64,000 nucleotides of DNA, taken from Tubiluchus corallicola. Its lineage: Eukaryota > Animalia > Priapulida. The stretch lies in contig JAQGDQ010000105.1 of the NCBI GenBank assembly GCA_030141605.1, forward strand, positions 186,001 to 250,000, in the 5' to 3' direction. This document shows positions 12,662-40,575 of the stretch, piece after piece. Both the position numbers and the translations under genes were made by a program. Under the pieces are notes generated by a model that saw only the letters and a program-made list of their open reading frames with translations, had not been told where the DNA came from and searched no databases. The first letter of the stretch is position 1, and each line of letters begins with the position of its first letter.

Positions 12662-15600
12662 TTGCGAAGGAGCCAAAAGTCGGATATAAATAAGGAAGCA
12701 TGCTAAGGTGAAGAACACGTTGCATAGTACCCGTTCTTACTGTTTGGTGATGCTCTTGAGTTACGTGACAGTGACCTTGCACCTAGAGGAAAATTCACAA
12801 GAGACATTCTGAACCTATTTATGTAAGTAACAATTAAGTTGCCTAATATTTATTTTTGATATTTTTAATTATTATCTGGTTGGTAACATCATTCCGTTAT
12901 TATTATCTTAAATTCTTACTGCCATTATTGTGTATTTTCATTATACTATGGCAAAATTTGTAAGCTAGTATTGCGTCATTCGTAATACTGCGCGTTGTCT
13001 TGTCGGTCTTAATGATAACTCTGTAAAACAGTAGCTTAGACTGCATGAATCGCACGTATTTCCAAAAAACTAGCTCAGTTTGATAATCTTTGTTAGGTTT
13101 CCTGCAATTAATTACTTTCCATTGGAAACAGTATGTGGATGTTTTAATTAAAAAAATTTCAGTAATCTCATCGCAAAATGAAACGCGACTATATAAATGG
13201 CCACCAAGATTAGTAATAACAAATTCAGTAATTTCAGTTGATTAAGTAATAACTTAGGTAATATTATGAAATTTATACAAAATAATAACAGAGTTTTAAA
13301 TGTGCCAAACGCTAGTAAATTAGTCCAAACTGTTTAACTCAAAAATGGGGCAGCAGGATAAAGCAAAACAATTTTCAGGGAAGCCCTTGAAGTTTGCATT
13401 TTTATTGTGAAACATTCACTATGGTCAAATTTCAAAATGACCGCCTTGATATCCTACAAATAATGGACTTAATGAAAAATGTACACTTTGGAAAATATAA
13501 ATTGAGTAACAGCTGATATAAACATTAGTATAAACTTACCAACAACATACGGGCAGTCAGGGAGGTCACCAGCATGTAATTGCATTGTAGAAATCTAATG
13601 CGAAATTGTTCAATTCTCACCTATCATTCTGTCTAAAGAAAAATTGACTCTGGTTAAAAACTTTCTCTCAGTCACTAACTGTACAAGTTATAAATGCTTT
13701 CTGTGGTTATAAAGACATTCCTGAGGTTAGTGCTTAGGTTAACAAGTGTCCGGGTTAGAAATAACCAAGTTACCAAAATATGTGGTATGATAAGTACCTG
13801 GTTACCAAGAATCAAATGTTTGCCGTAGAAAGCCTCTCAATTGTTATAATTATCTGGTTTAGCAAATTCCCAAGTTACTAACTTCTGGGTTCAAATAAGT
13901 AATCTTAGTTTTTAGAGCTCCGCATGACGAGTGAGCTGACAAACTCAGTGTATAACTCAATCATAGCGTATCGCAAACAATTTCTTATCACAGAATAGTA
14001 TAATTAATCTGTTAGTGTTAGTCTTATATAATTCAACTGTAATGTATTTGAGGGTACATATCTAAAAACATCTCTTCATTATTATTGTCAGCATCTTTAT
14101 ATCAGCATGGTGACAGCCATCGATGTCACTATCATCATAGTTGCATTTATCATGGCCAGAAGCAACCAACATCTAGTTAATGAGTTTAATTAAATTTTTG
14201 CCTTTCGCCCTAGGAAATTTTGAAAATTTCTTGTCACAATCGTCTCAAGAGTCACTAGGGTCGCAGAGTACCGGCTACTTCCAATTTGATGCCCACAACA
14301 TATTGTTTTTAATTCTAAGCAAGACTATAGTTATTATGCACATATGAGATTCAAGCACTCATAATTCCAAGATTCAACTCAAAAATCAACGCTAACGATG
14401 CAGCAACGGGCAGACAGGCTCACATCTTCACTTTAAGCTCAGTTAGCATAATATAACAATTTCATAACATTCACTGCCAGTCGCATAGTGGGATTACAAC
14501 CTTTTCCAAATGTTTACAGGTTTGAAAGTTTTTAATTGGGAAATAGCTAAGTAGTTAAATACATGCTGCCAAATTGCAGTCAGCTATATGCCACAAACGC
14601 ATGGGGGATATTATACATATACATATAGGGAACATTTCTTTGACCAAATGACCCGCATTATATGAAGTTGTCGGGTGATTTGGTCAACGAAGCGTTCGCT
14701 ATTAGAAATTATGCACAATTAATTAACGCTAATTTTTTGCATGCAGGGTAAAAAATCGTATAATGGTAGTTTAGTCTCTCCCTGCAGAGCTGCCACGGGA
14801 ACAAATCTTAGATTGCAATATCACAAGTGAAAGCTGATTACCGACTGCCAAAGATCCTTCAATGCCATAAAATGCTTATTATAAACGAGAAAAAACGTAT
14901 TTCAGAAAAGCTGATTAGGTTTTCGAAGAATTGTTCTGCAAAGTGGATAGCCTACTTCCTTTTATGGTTAACGAGCATAATAACTCACCTGCATGCGTGG
15001 AAAATGTTACCTGCAACAACAATGGTCGCGTGGCGAAATGTGATTTTATTTTAGTGAATTTGTTCAATTCATAGGAGATGCAAAAAGCTTTTGTAAAAAA
15101 AGGAGAGACAGTGAGGTCACGGAAAAATTGTTGTTATAGCCAATATAACCGAAACTGCAGGAAAAAAGTGATGCTAACAAAATTTTAAAGAAGTCCTTGT
15201 ACTTGCTGTGTGTATGACATTAAGAAAACAGAAGCAATATTAGTAAACTGAAGTATTTTTAAAATAAGTAATTAAGTTATGCTTTGTGTAATTTACTATC
15301 AAACGTGTCACATTTCACAATTTAACGAATTTCTAGATCATATTTGGAGTTGCATAATGCGTAAAATATACAGATTGGCAGAATATTGAATACAAATTAA
15401 AATCACTGAAAAGTGGGAAAACTTATTTCTACAGTTCTGCAGCTGAGCTCGAAGATATATGATTGCAGAGCTGAGTTTAGTTAACTCAATGGTTATATTG
15501 CAAGTTGAAAGAAAAATCTGTAAAACACTCTGATAATTAAATGTTTATTACAGTTAAACACACAGCTATTTATAAAGCCACCAAGAAAAAGTTAATTGAT

Positions 15601-16779
15601 TCGGTATTAGTCCCAATTAGGCTTTAACCTGCTGACCAGGATACAGTAAGAAGCAGATCATAACTCATAAGTAATAATAGTAATAGACCAGTAACAGATC
15701 GTTGAGTTTGCAACAAATGCTGTGGAAAAATGTTGAAGTAATAGGACTATAATGGCATTTCGGTTATAACAATGAACTCTGTATAACCCATTTTTCTTCA
15801 GAAGCTAGTACAGTTGCTCAATTAGTAACTCAGAAAAATGTTAGCTCTGGGCGGAAAAACGTCTGGTTCTTTTCTAAGCAAGCTAACTTCAATGGTTTTG
15901 ATCTTTTCTAACAAAGCATATAGTTTTATTCTGATATAATAGTTTCCTTGAGGAACATTCCCGGCAGCGCACTAGAGATTAGTCATAGAAGTCGTGTTTC
16001 TCACCTCTCACTCCCCTTTCTCTCATTCTATATTAATTTTTATGTATTTTATGTTGTCTTCTTTTCTCTCTTCCTTTTGTCCTTCATTCTTTCTTTTTTC
16101 TAACTTGCTTTTTATTCAGGATGCCCAACTGTGCTTTTGCTGTTACGTTATGTATGAGACACTCTGTTTTCAGTTCCCCCAATAGTAAACGCCCCGTTGC
16201 GTCTGTTAACTAATTGAATAATTGTCACAGCAGCTGCACCATGACAAGAAAAAGCTGATTATAGATGTGAGTTGGTTGTTTAGTAACTAATGTTCTGTGG
16301 AGCAAGCCAACATTAGCAAATATAGCTGTTTTTTAACAAATAAATCTTTCAAATTTATAATGACATCAGACATGTGGTCATATTTTCGCCGGTTTAACAT
16401 GACCCAAAGTGCAAAGTTTAGAATCTTTTGAATTTTGTTTAAATGAATATCTGCAGCATTACTATTTATACAGGCAAACAGTAGAGCACATGCGAAAATG
16501 CAATGCTATTTATAAAAAATGGCATCAACAAATGATGTGGTATACAATTTTTAATATTATTAAAATTCCCGTGCATTTTATAGAAACGAGTTTACACCCA
16601 GATTGCGTGCATTAGCGTGGTTGAGTTTTTGTGTTCAAAAAGTCTAATGTCACCGAATCTGTAACACAAGTGTGCAACTTTTGCGTGCTGCCAATTATTA
16701 TAAATTACGTTTTTTCAGTTTTAAGTTTCATTCCGTTATTTTGATACCAATTTTGCACAGTAGTTAACGCATCAGTGCG

Positions 16780-17140
16780 ACCACGGTGACTTTATTAGTT
16801 TCAGATTTAAGTGCAGTTGGGGCATCATCTGCAAATTGAACCAATCTAGTTTCAATGCTGTTTGTTTAGTTTAGTTATTCATTTATTTTCAAATAATTAA
16901 TTTCAAAACTATTTATTTATTTTATTTAGACGGGCCTAAATAGTTTCTTTGAAATATTCCAATATCATCATCGCGTTCAATGAAAAGGGAAAAGGCATAG
17001 ATTACAGTTTGTGAGATAGCTTTAAAACCAACATAGAGCAACTTGATACTACTGCAGTTTATTTGACCACGTCCCCTAATCAACAATGTCAAAGATTTGC
17101 TAAGATCAAGCGCAGTACACTCGTTTGGATGCAACGCTTT
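16780..17140 (-). mobile_element. Highly decayed LINE reverse-transcriptase remnant
   Basis: In the expected order on the minus strand: ALDLSKS(FD) at ~17100, GIFQRNYLGP (cf. GVPQGSxLGP) at ~16950, and RLVQFADDA at ~16830. Confidence 0.6.
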
Positions 17141-18833
17141 TATAAAAAATTGAAACTTTACGGACTTCTAAGGCAAGCCAAAAAGTGTGACAAGCCCAGT
17201 AAGAGTTGTTAGTGTGTTCGTTCAGGGACACCTATATGAAAAAATTTCTGGAGTAATCAAAGTTTGGATAGATCAAACAGAAAAAACTTAGTTCAGGTTA
17301 GTAGTGAAAATAAAATTATATCAAAACTACAGTATTTCTACCGGTAGTATTATTATTAAATGCTAGAGCACGCAAACACAAATGTGGTGAGTTTGAAGGC
17401 GCAGTGCATAATTATGGAACAAATCATGTAATAATAATCACAGAGACGTGGCTAATAAAGACTAGCCCTAAATATCTGCAAACAGCTGACAGGATATTCA
17501 ATGTTTTCATTTGAATGTCAAGACAGACCTGGTGAGGAGTCACCGTTCACGTAAGAAGGGATATTCAAGCTAATGATATTAAAGTAGAAAATCGGTACTT
17601 TTGCGAAATGGTTTGGCTATTAGGTAGACCGACAAGACTAGCAAAACCTAAAGCTGCCACAATTGTTGCAGAACTGTATTTTTGCTGGTACATCTTGCGT
17701 TAAAAAAGGATTCAAACGCCAATTTCTGGACACTATATATACAGCTTATTATTCATCCAAGCAAAAACACATCCGGCTTATCTGCACTTATCGTAATTAA
17801 ACAGTATTATATGCATCTGGAATGAGACAAAATAAATTAACTGTCGAAATGTCGAACTATCTATCTGAAACAAGTAGTTAAAAAAACAATTCGCGACAGT
17901 ATGGTTTCGGACTGTATTTTTACTGACATCAACGCACACGTAATCATGAGCAGAAGTAAAGGCGCCACCACGGCCCTGAAGTAAGTTGTCGAAAGTTAAC
18001 TTTCAAATAAAGGAACCAAGAGGATATCTCGTGGATATGTTCTCAATAAACTTGCAATTCTCTATTTTCCAAATGTCTTGAAAGCTCTTGCCCTGCTGCC
18101 CAGTTATCTTGCTCACTAACTGAAAATAATTAGTTCTTGTAACAGGTGGCACCAAAGGTCCAAAGTTATTGTAGTGCACAACAACTTAATTAACATCTGA
18201 TAATTAAACTAAATTTGTTTTTCAGTGCCTTTTGACCAGTTCCATAATAATATTTATTATTATTATTATATGCATGCGCATTTGAGGGACAGTACGTGTG
18301 TGTTTAAATTGTTATTAAATACGATTCATTAATACGCAAAAGGAATCACCGTACAATAACAGTCTGTGCTTAACTAAATGAAATATGTTTGAAAATGAAG
18401 AAGCAGATCTACAATGTTTACATGCACATCTCAGTTAATAAGACAGCAAGGCCAAATTTTGACCTAATGACCAAAAATAATTTAAAGGTTTTACTTCTGC
18501 TAGTTGCACAGTTTTGCTTCATGAGTAGCTTAAATGACTTACTGAAAGACACTAATCCCTTTAGTTAGCGAAAATCTACACGCGTCAAACAGCCATTAAA
18601 ATTTGTCGTTTGGCAATAAAGCAGCATATTCACACCAGGTAAGCAGAAAGAATTGCATAGCCGTGAAAATGTCTGTCTAACAGCTTATAATGCTCTCGAC
18701 ATTTTCAAAACTTTGCGACGAAGAAACAGCAGGCAATCTAGAAGGATTTATGTTTGAAACGGCTTTTCACTTATAGCGTAGTACGTCAGTGAGAAGGTTC
18801 TCATGAAAAAATCATTAAACTGCTACGATTAAA

Positions 18834-19649
18834 CTAGCCAAACCATAAAAGATTTTTGCACCTTAACCCAGCACAACCCACAACACCAATACCATCCTCG
18901 CCACATCATCCACACCACACCACAACACATTACTCATACCACAGCACCCACATCACATCACACCAGGCCACAACACTTGAAAATGTATGCCATGACAAAC
19001 GCTGTTAGACTCATCCACCAAAGATCAATAATGAATGGACATTCTACAGTCTTTGCGTACTACTTCTCAGCTGGTATAAGGCTAACAGATACAAGTTACA
19101 TGTACAATTATATCTCTGTTTGTAACACAGTAAAACGACATCTTTCTTAACGAAACTTCCACACCTTGTAGACCATTTCCTTTTTCTGGTAGTGTGCTCA
19201 TTTTTCCCAAGATGCACAAATATCTGTTTCCGGAATCTGTTTGTGCAGTTTTCCGTAAAAATTGGGCGAATGGGTTTGGGAGAGCGCCTTTTGCCGGAAA
19301 CCACGAAAGGCTAAATAGCCTTACTACAACCCACCGTTGAACGAGTAACACAACCATTACAGGTACTGCCCCTGTACGTCAACATTCTCTCAAATCATGG
19401 TGTATAACTTTTGTGGAAAAAAACAGGCCCAAAACGCCCATTTTGGAGATTTTCGCCCCCGTTCCGCCGGTAGCCCCAATTCGAAAAAGAAATCATGAAC
19501 GAAACCACAGTAGTTCGAAACCTTTCATTTGATACGTAATTGGCCAAAAAATGGTGGATCGTTGGAGGTGTAATCGGAAAAACCATCGTATAAATAAATA
19601 AATTCAGACACATACCAGCGAAATAAATATAATATTCTTTATTATTAGA
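18834..19649 (-). mobile_element. Non-autonomous Helitron (family shared with 42661-43769)
   Basis: Minus strand reads A|TC...CTAG|T. It carries a (CACCA)n tract at 18870-18975 and aligns with the copy at 42661-43769. Confidence 0.75.
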
Positions 19650-20332
19650 TTGTCAAAGCCCTGCAGAAGAGTTTTGCGCATAAATCCACAATGATGACCC
19701 ACATCACATGATGATCCGAACCAATGATGACCATATCTCACCACCCGGAGCCACTGCCACCACTGCCGCCAATAATGACCGCAAATTACGGCGACAAAAA
19801 CAACAGTAGCAACAGCAACAAAAACAGCAGCCTAGTGAAACCCTGCAAATACATTTTGCGAAAGTGAGTGAAATTTCAAATGTTTTTAGACCCATCTACT
19901 GATGATCATTCAACACAGTTATAAACTTCTTCAGGATTTCCCAAGTGTGTATGCTCTGGGTTTGCTCAGTCTGGTCACCGCCCCAATGAAAGCTTCTCGC
20001 GTACAATCCCTTCCTTCTAAAGTCCTACATTGACGAAGTTTCTTTGGGCAGTCTTTGAACGAGGATGGAAGCACCTAGTATGGACTTTGCACGTTTGTTA
20101 TGCATAGTTCCATACTGCATTTTTATCAGTTATTATAATTTGTCTATCAGACTAATGTTTTTCATCTTCTAGGTATTCCATTATTAAAAATTGGCATCAT
20201 ATTTTAGCAAACTAATATCCTCTTGCCATTAAAAATAATTATTATCCATATTATGTTAAAACACTAAAGGTAAATTATGAGTACAAAGTTTTCATTCTTT
20301 TGTCATTTTAAATTTTATTACTATGTAACCAT

Positions 20333-20738
20333 TAGAGGTGAGCATTCTCTGCCAGAAAACGTATTCGAATCGAATCGAATTTGTGACTTTTGAATTCAAG
20401 TCGAACCGAATGTTAGTATTCAGAATCCAAATCGAATTCGAATTGAGTTTGAAAGATTTTCGAACAAGGTTGCGAATCACTAGTTAAAAGTGGTCTTACA
20501 AAAATCATGCATATTGTTAGATTTTGTTGTGCAGTAAAACCACATTAGTTTGTTAAAGATCTTGTACAGAAACTGCAGCTAAATTGCGCCAATTGCATGC
20601 TGTTTCAAAAATATTAATTATAAAGAACGTATGTAGCCGAAATGCTGAATTATTCGAATCTATAATTCGTTCGAATCGAATTCGATTGTTCGAATAGGAT
20701 TCGAACGTTCGAACTCGAACATTCGATGCTCACCCTTA
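20333..20738. mobile_element. hAT-type MITE with TTCGAA-rich subterminal repeats
   Basis: TIRs TAGAGGTGAGCA / TGCTCACCCTTA; 8-bp TSD GTAACCAT / GCAACCAT (one mismatch). Confidence 0.85.
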
Positions 20739-21259
20739 GCAACCATGTCCATGTCCTCGTTGTGTTTAGTATAATTGAAACTACTTTAAAATTTAAACCT
20801 TACACCCTCATCAATAATACTATTTATTTGCTCTAGTACTGAACTGTAAACACTATAACGATTAAAAAAATAAAAATTTTATCTTAAACGGTTCAGGATA
20901 GAATGGGTAGCAGCAACAATGGTATTTGTCTCGAAATTTGCGATCTCTGTCTTTATAAAGAAATGAATAAGCACTCTCAAATGAGTAGATGGAGCCTAGA
21001 GCTTCAAACGCAGAGCTAAAAGGATTTTGTCATAGCTGAAGTAAATATAATTATTATTTTATTTTTACTTACAGTGGTCTAACTTTAATTGTCATTGTAA
21101 TGCATTTTTTGTGACTGTGATCTTTTGAGCGGTTTGAAAAACCATGACCACGTTGCTCCCTGACATTCGTTGTTTTGCGCTGAGTTAGCGCTGCTGTCTG
21201 CTGTGAAAAAGAAACTATGTTTTTTAGAATTTTTACTGTGTAATTTTAAATTTCGGAAA

Positions 21260-35540
<14,281 letters not shown>

Positions 35541-35892
35541 GAGCATCTTCTGCCAATGTTTATGGTGCATTAAAGTATGCGAGGTGTTGGTTTCTTGAGC
35601 GCTATGAAAGGCGTTCAATTCAGTGGTTTGTGACAGGACATGCTAAATTTGAAACATTTTACCCTAATCTTCTGTAAGTGTGAAAGTGTAACCAATAGAC
35701 CAGGTTAGAGCATGCAGTTTACAGAATTCTTCATATTGGAATTATGCGTCAGATTCGTATTGTGCATTTATGCAAAGCCGAAGGTGGATCATTCGTAATG
35801 TACAACATTTTTGTTATCAGTTCTTTTCAGCAAGTCACAAAGTTGCAGCCCAGCATTGTTAAATTTACCAAGTCTAAGTATAAAATGTTGTT

Positions 35893-35898
35893 AATAAA
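35893..35898 (+). promoter_or_regulatory. Candidate polyadenylation signal of the receptor gene
   Basis: AATAAA ~350 bp after the stop codon, followed by T-rich sequence. Confidence 0.45.
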
Positions 35899-36589
35899 CA
35901 GAACAGTTTATTCGTCATTATTTTATTGTTAAAAAAAATCTCTATTAAGTTTGTTCTATTTTAGCCGCTGTTTAGGTTATTAAAATGCTAGTTTCTGATC
36001 GCTTAATTGATTCATTCAGTACTATTTTGTCAAAGTAGTGTAACACCCTATCAGATATTCCTGTGGCGTAGCTAAAAGCACACAGGGGTTTATCTAAGAC
36101 AGGACCCCGTAGAGACTTACACAGTAATGTTTACGTACCAACATGTTAACAATAACTTCGTATCCCTTTAATAATAATAATAATAATAAGCAATTTAATA
36201 TTGGCATTTCTTTCAACAGTAAAAGTTTGTTCAATAATTTGTATCAGACAAAAATACTTGTGTAGTATGCAGAGTGGTAAAACGAAGGGGTGAACAAATG
36301 AAAATGAGTGCCAAAGCTTTAGTCAAAAGCGAATTTTAAGAGAATGGAATAGAACATAATGGAGCGGAATACAGTTGCAATTATACAGTGTATATTATCT
36401 CAAATGTGATAAAATTTAGTAAAACGGTCAACGCAAACAATGAAAATACATGTGTAGTAGGAAAATTATTACATATTTTTGCTGGTTTCCGGATGTCAAT
36501 GTGTGCCCTCTCGTCCACATTCCCAGTGTCCAAACGTCCAGTACCTAAACTTCATGTGTCGAAGCATTCTTGTGTTGAAATGCTGTCTG

Positions 36590-36601
36590 TTGCTACTACT
36601 G

Positions 36602-36639
<38 letters not shown>

Positions 36640-36641
36640 AC

Positions 36642-36706
<65 letters not shown>

Positions 36707-36770
36707 GCTACTACTACTACTACTACTACTACTACTGCTACTGCTACTGCTACTGCTACTACTGCTACTG

Positions 36771-36823
<53 letters not shown>

Positions 36824-36860
36824 GCTACTGCTACTGCTACTACTGCTACTGCTACTACTG

Positions 36861-36935
<75 letters not shown>

Positions 36936-36995
36936 TTACTGCTACTACTACTACTACCGCTACTGCTGTTGCTACTACTGCTGCTGCTGCTGCTG
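36590..36995. repeat. Compound (CTA)n/(CTG)n trinucleotide microsatellite
   Basis: Seen directly; followed by an AGAC/AGGT low-complexity tract to ~37300. Confidence 0.97.
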
Positions 36996-38953
36996 ATAGA
37001 TAGGTAGGTAGGTAGACAGATAGATAGGCAGGCAGACAGACAGACAAACAGACAGGTAGCCAAATTAACAAACATTTCGAAAGCTATAGGTAAACTGGTT
37101 GAGAGTGAAATCGATAGACAAGCACGTGTATTGTAATGTATATGTTAGTAGGCAGTTAGAGATACAGGTGGAGATACGTAGACAGATAGATAAATAGACA
37201 AACAGGTATTCATGCACACAAACAACTAGACACAAACAGGCGGACGAAGAGAAGGGCGAGCCAGATGGAATTACTGATAAATGGATGGGCGGCAGGCAAT
37301 GCTTTGGTGTTCTGTTGCCCAAATTGATAACCAAAGAGGTGTTATGTTCTTTTAGGCAGGAGATGCTACTAACTAAGAGAACCAATAATAAGCATATATT
37401 GAGAATTTTGTCCTTTTGATAGACTCCTAGGTACGTTAACATCATGAATTAGGCCGGTTTTGACGTCATTACTTTCTCATGATTACTGTATTATGTTGCT
37501 TTCTTCGCCCACGTCTCTTTTTGTCAGTTAATTACACGAAACCATGCTGACTTTGTGAGGCTTTGTCGCTTCGCTCACGCAGTATACTAATTACATAATA
37601 CACGCGTGCAACGGAATAATGAACTTTCCTAGAGTTTTCAAGGCAGTCTAACTTACGGCCAACATATTACATAATTTGTCAAGTAATACTGAAAAAAACT
37701 GCGCAGTAAAGTGTAAAATAATACATTTTACTGTTCTTTATTATTACACGCACTAGAAAACCCGTCCTGCACAAGAGTTAACGGCTGTTGTTTTAGTAGG
37801 CAAAGCGGGTTCCCGTATGGTTGAATTTATTATGAGCGCGCTGGTTACTCGGCCAAGTAGTTTAATAGACTTTAATGTTAATAGACTGCCACAAAAATAG
37901 GTAAATGTAAAATGACTCCAGTATTACTGTATGACGAAAAGAATGGTAACTGCTGCAGATAGTCATGATGACGACAGCAGAGACAATAGCAACTCACAGC
38001 TATAGTTATCGTTTATTACTTTTACATAGCCATCGAAACGCATTTTTCTTGGTTAATTTTCCTTTTCTAGCGGTGGATTACACTTACAGCAATCGCCTGC
38101 CGTACTACATATGTTGAAGTCAGTTACTGAATCCAAGCATGTTTTTTTATGAAAATTGTTTTTGAGCATTAACCTATCAAGTAGCAATTAGGTCATTTAC
38201 TATGTAATCAAAACAACAGCTGTCAAAACCACATCGCGTCTTCGAATATCAGAATTTTCTAGAAGATTTAAATCATTGTGTTGCCGCACCTGGTGACTGG
38301 GTGCTTGCCTGTTTGGCGGCTAGACAAGGCCTACGGGGACTGATTACCTCTCATTCCAAAGATGGAGCAGGATTAGGAACAAGTCGAATAGGCAACGGAA
38401 AGACGTCGACCAAGCTGTAGGAGTAGATCGACCACATTACCAGATCAATTTATTTTACAATAGAGTCATTTTTAAACATAACTGATACGGTAAATTTTAG
38501 AACAGTGAGGAAGCCCGAGGCTTTTCTGCACTGAGATGAGTAATTTATTCTGTTATATAGCGATTTCGTGCCTGTCACAATTAATTATGCAGGAAAAGTT
38601 TGTCAGCTATTGCAATGTTGAGTGAGATCTGAAAAACGGTTTGAAGTGAATTACAAATGTATCATGAATCAGCTAAAGGTGTCAGTCATATAGGTTGAGT
38701 AATAGTAATTACATTACGTATTTTTTCATAATGTGCATTACTTTGGTACGGCAATCGCTCTGGAATCCTATATATGTACTGAATATGTCAATGCCATTTA
38801 ATTCTACAAATATAATTTCAGGAAGAACGATATAATATGGCTTTCATTTATTTTTTTAATGTGACCAAAACAGCCAGTGAGGTGCTGTGTGCAGCGTACG
38901 TGGCATCTCGAAGAGTTTCTGGTCTGTTTTCCACATCATTTACTTGCTATTAC

Positions 38954-38954
<1 letters not shown>

Positions 38955-39022
<68 letters not shown>

Positions 39023-39030
39023 TCTTCTCT
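38955..39030. repeat. (CT)n microsatellite
   Basis: Seen directly. Confidence 0.95.
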
Positions 39031-39842
39031 CCTTTCTCCTTTCCATGGGTATGTAATTCTACAGCAGGAGTGACTGTAACATTTTCAAAATTGAGTTGCG
39101 AGCTAAGATTAGTTACAATAAGTTAGTAGACCCGTTTAATGTGCAATACATAATTATCCTAACACAGAATATTGTACGTAAGCATTACAACTCAATTTTC
39201 ATTTTTTATCTAATAAAAAAATTATCTAGTGTCCAGATACAGTTTACGATTGCCTCATATGTATGTCTAGCACGCTCACACAATAATCGCTCATCTTGTC
39301 ACAAATGTGTTAACAGATTTGATTTTGTGCAAGAAACGAATATTGGAAAATTGTTGTTTTTGCGAAATTATTAATTTTACAATGGATAATTGCGTTTTAT
39401 TCTCCCACACAATGCGCAGTACCAGTGTATTTTTCGTGGAAGGTGCAATTCGTGGAACAGAGAAATTAAGCGTGCTTCAATTTAAGTTGTCAAAACTGCG
39501 TGAACTATGTCTATTTTTACGAATATATACGTAACAGCAAAAGTTTTGTATACGTAACACCATTTTTTATTTTATACACCTGTAGATAGTGCTCTTATTG
39601 TTGTTAAAAATACAAAATTGGGGAAATAACGTAACAACTGTTCTGACAGTAATGTCTATACTGTCAATCAAATCCAGCCTTTTACATGTTTGGGGGGGGG
39701 GCATTTCTTGAAGAAATAGACAAACAAATAGCGATCCTGGAAGAAGTAACTATAACAGAAGTGTCGTAGATTGCCCCTATGACTTTTCAGTCTTGTGTTA
39801 TTTAGTGTTGCATTGGTTGGTGGTGATCTTAAGTGGGTTAAA

Positions 39843-40575
39843 ACAAGTTTGACTCGAATTATTGGTCGAGGAACTCGCTGACCTGAGAAACAACGTCAGT
39901 GTCGCCATTTTGAATTTAAGATGGCACGTCAAAAATCCAACTCTGCGAATCGATGCAAAACTCGTTCTACTATATTCCCGTAGAGTTTCATGCCTCTTTT
40001 CGAAAATAATATCACGCCGCCCTCTTGAATTCAAAATCGCAGGTCGAAAATTCCCTCAGTCCCTCATTTTCTTTAGTATGATCCTGCGAAGTTCCTGACC
40101 ATCTGTTGAAAACTGGTGGAAAACAGCCTTTTTTGAAAAATAATGTTTTTGTCATCATTCTGAATTTAGAAAGACGGATCGAAAAACTGACACTATCAGT
40201 GGATGCGGAATTTCTTTTAGTATATTCCTATAAAATTTTATGGCGATTAGATCCATTTCGAGTTGGCAGTGCCTTAGGCTTTTTTCGGAAATAATGGTAT
40301 TGCCTCCATTTTAAATTCAAAACGGCAAAATGAAAATTCAAGACTGTCGGCCGAAGCTGAATTCATACTTGTATAGTCTTGTAAAGTTTGACAAAGATCC
40401 ATTTCGAGTTGACGAAGCCTTATGCTTTTTTAAATGCAAAATGGAGGTTGTTTACTCGTGTAATGTTTTATATTGACCAACTGCAGAGCCCCAGTCTTTT
40501 TCAAAACGGTTATCCCGAGAACAAGAGCAACATCCAGATGAATAGCGATTTGGTCGAGCCTCGACCAATAACATA
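39843..40575 (-). mobile_element. Helentron-associated (HINE/DINE-1-like) non-autonomous element
   Basis: Perfect 13-bp subterminal inverted repeat TTATTGGTCGAGG (39859-39871) / CCTCGACCAATAA (40559-40571), with an adjacent partial IR forming a hairpin at 40550-40568. Internal diverged repeats carry CGCCATTTTGAATT-like motifs. Confidence 0.6.

Noticed and set aside
14800-15800. Faint resemblance to hAT transposase motifs (AFR..)
   Set aside because: Too degenerate to support without a search.
21144-21188. Upstream ATG as the start of the receptor gene
   Set aside because: Stops after 14 codons; at most a uORF.
36388-37075. Poly-Tyr/Thr/Ser/Val ORFs (mucin-like)
   Set aside because: Trinucleotide microsatellite open in several frames; no splice or start support.
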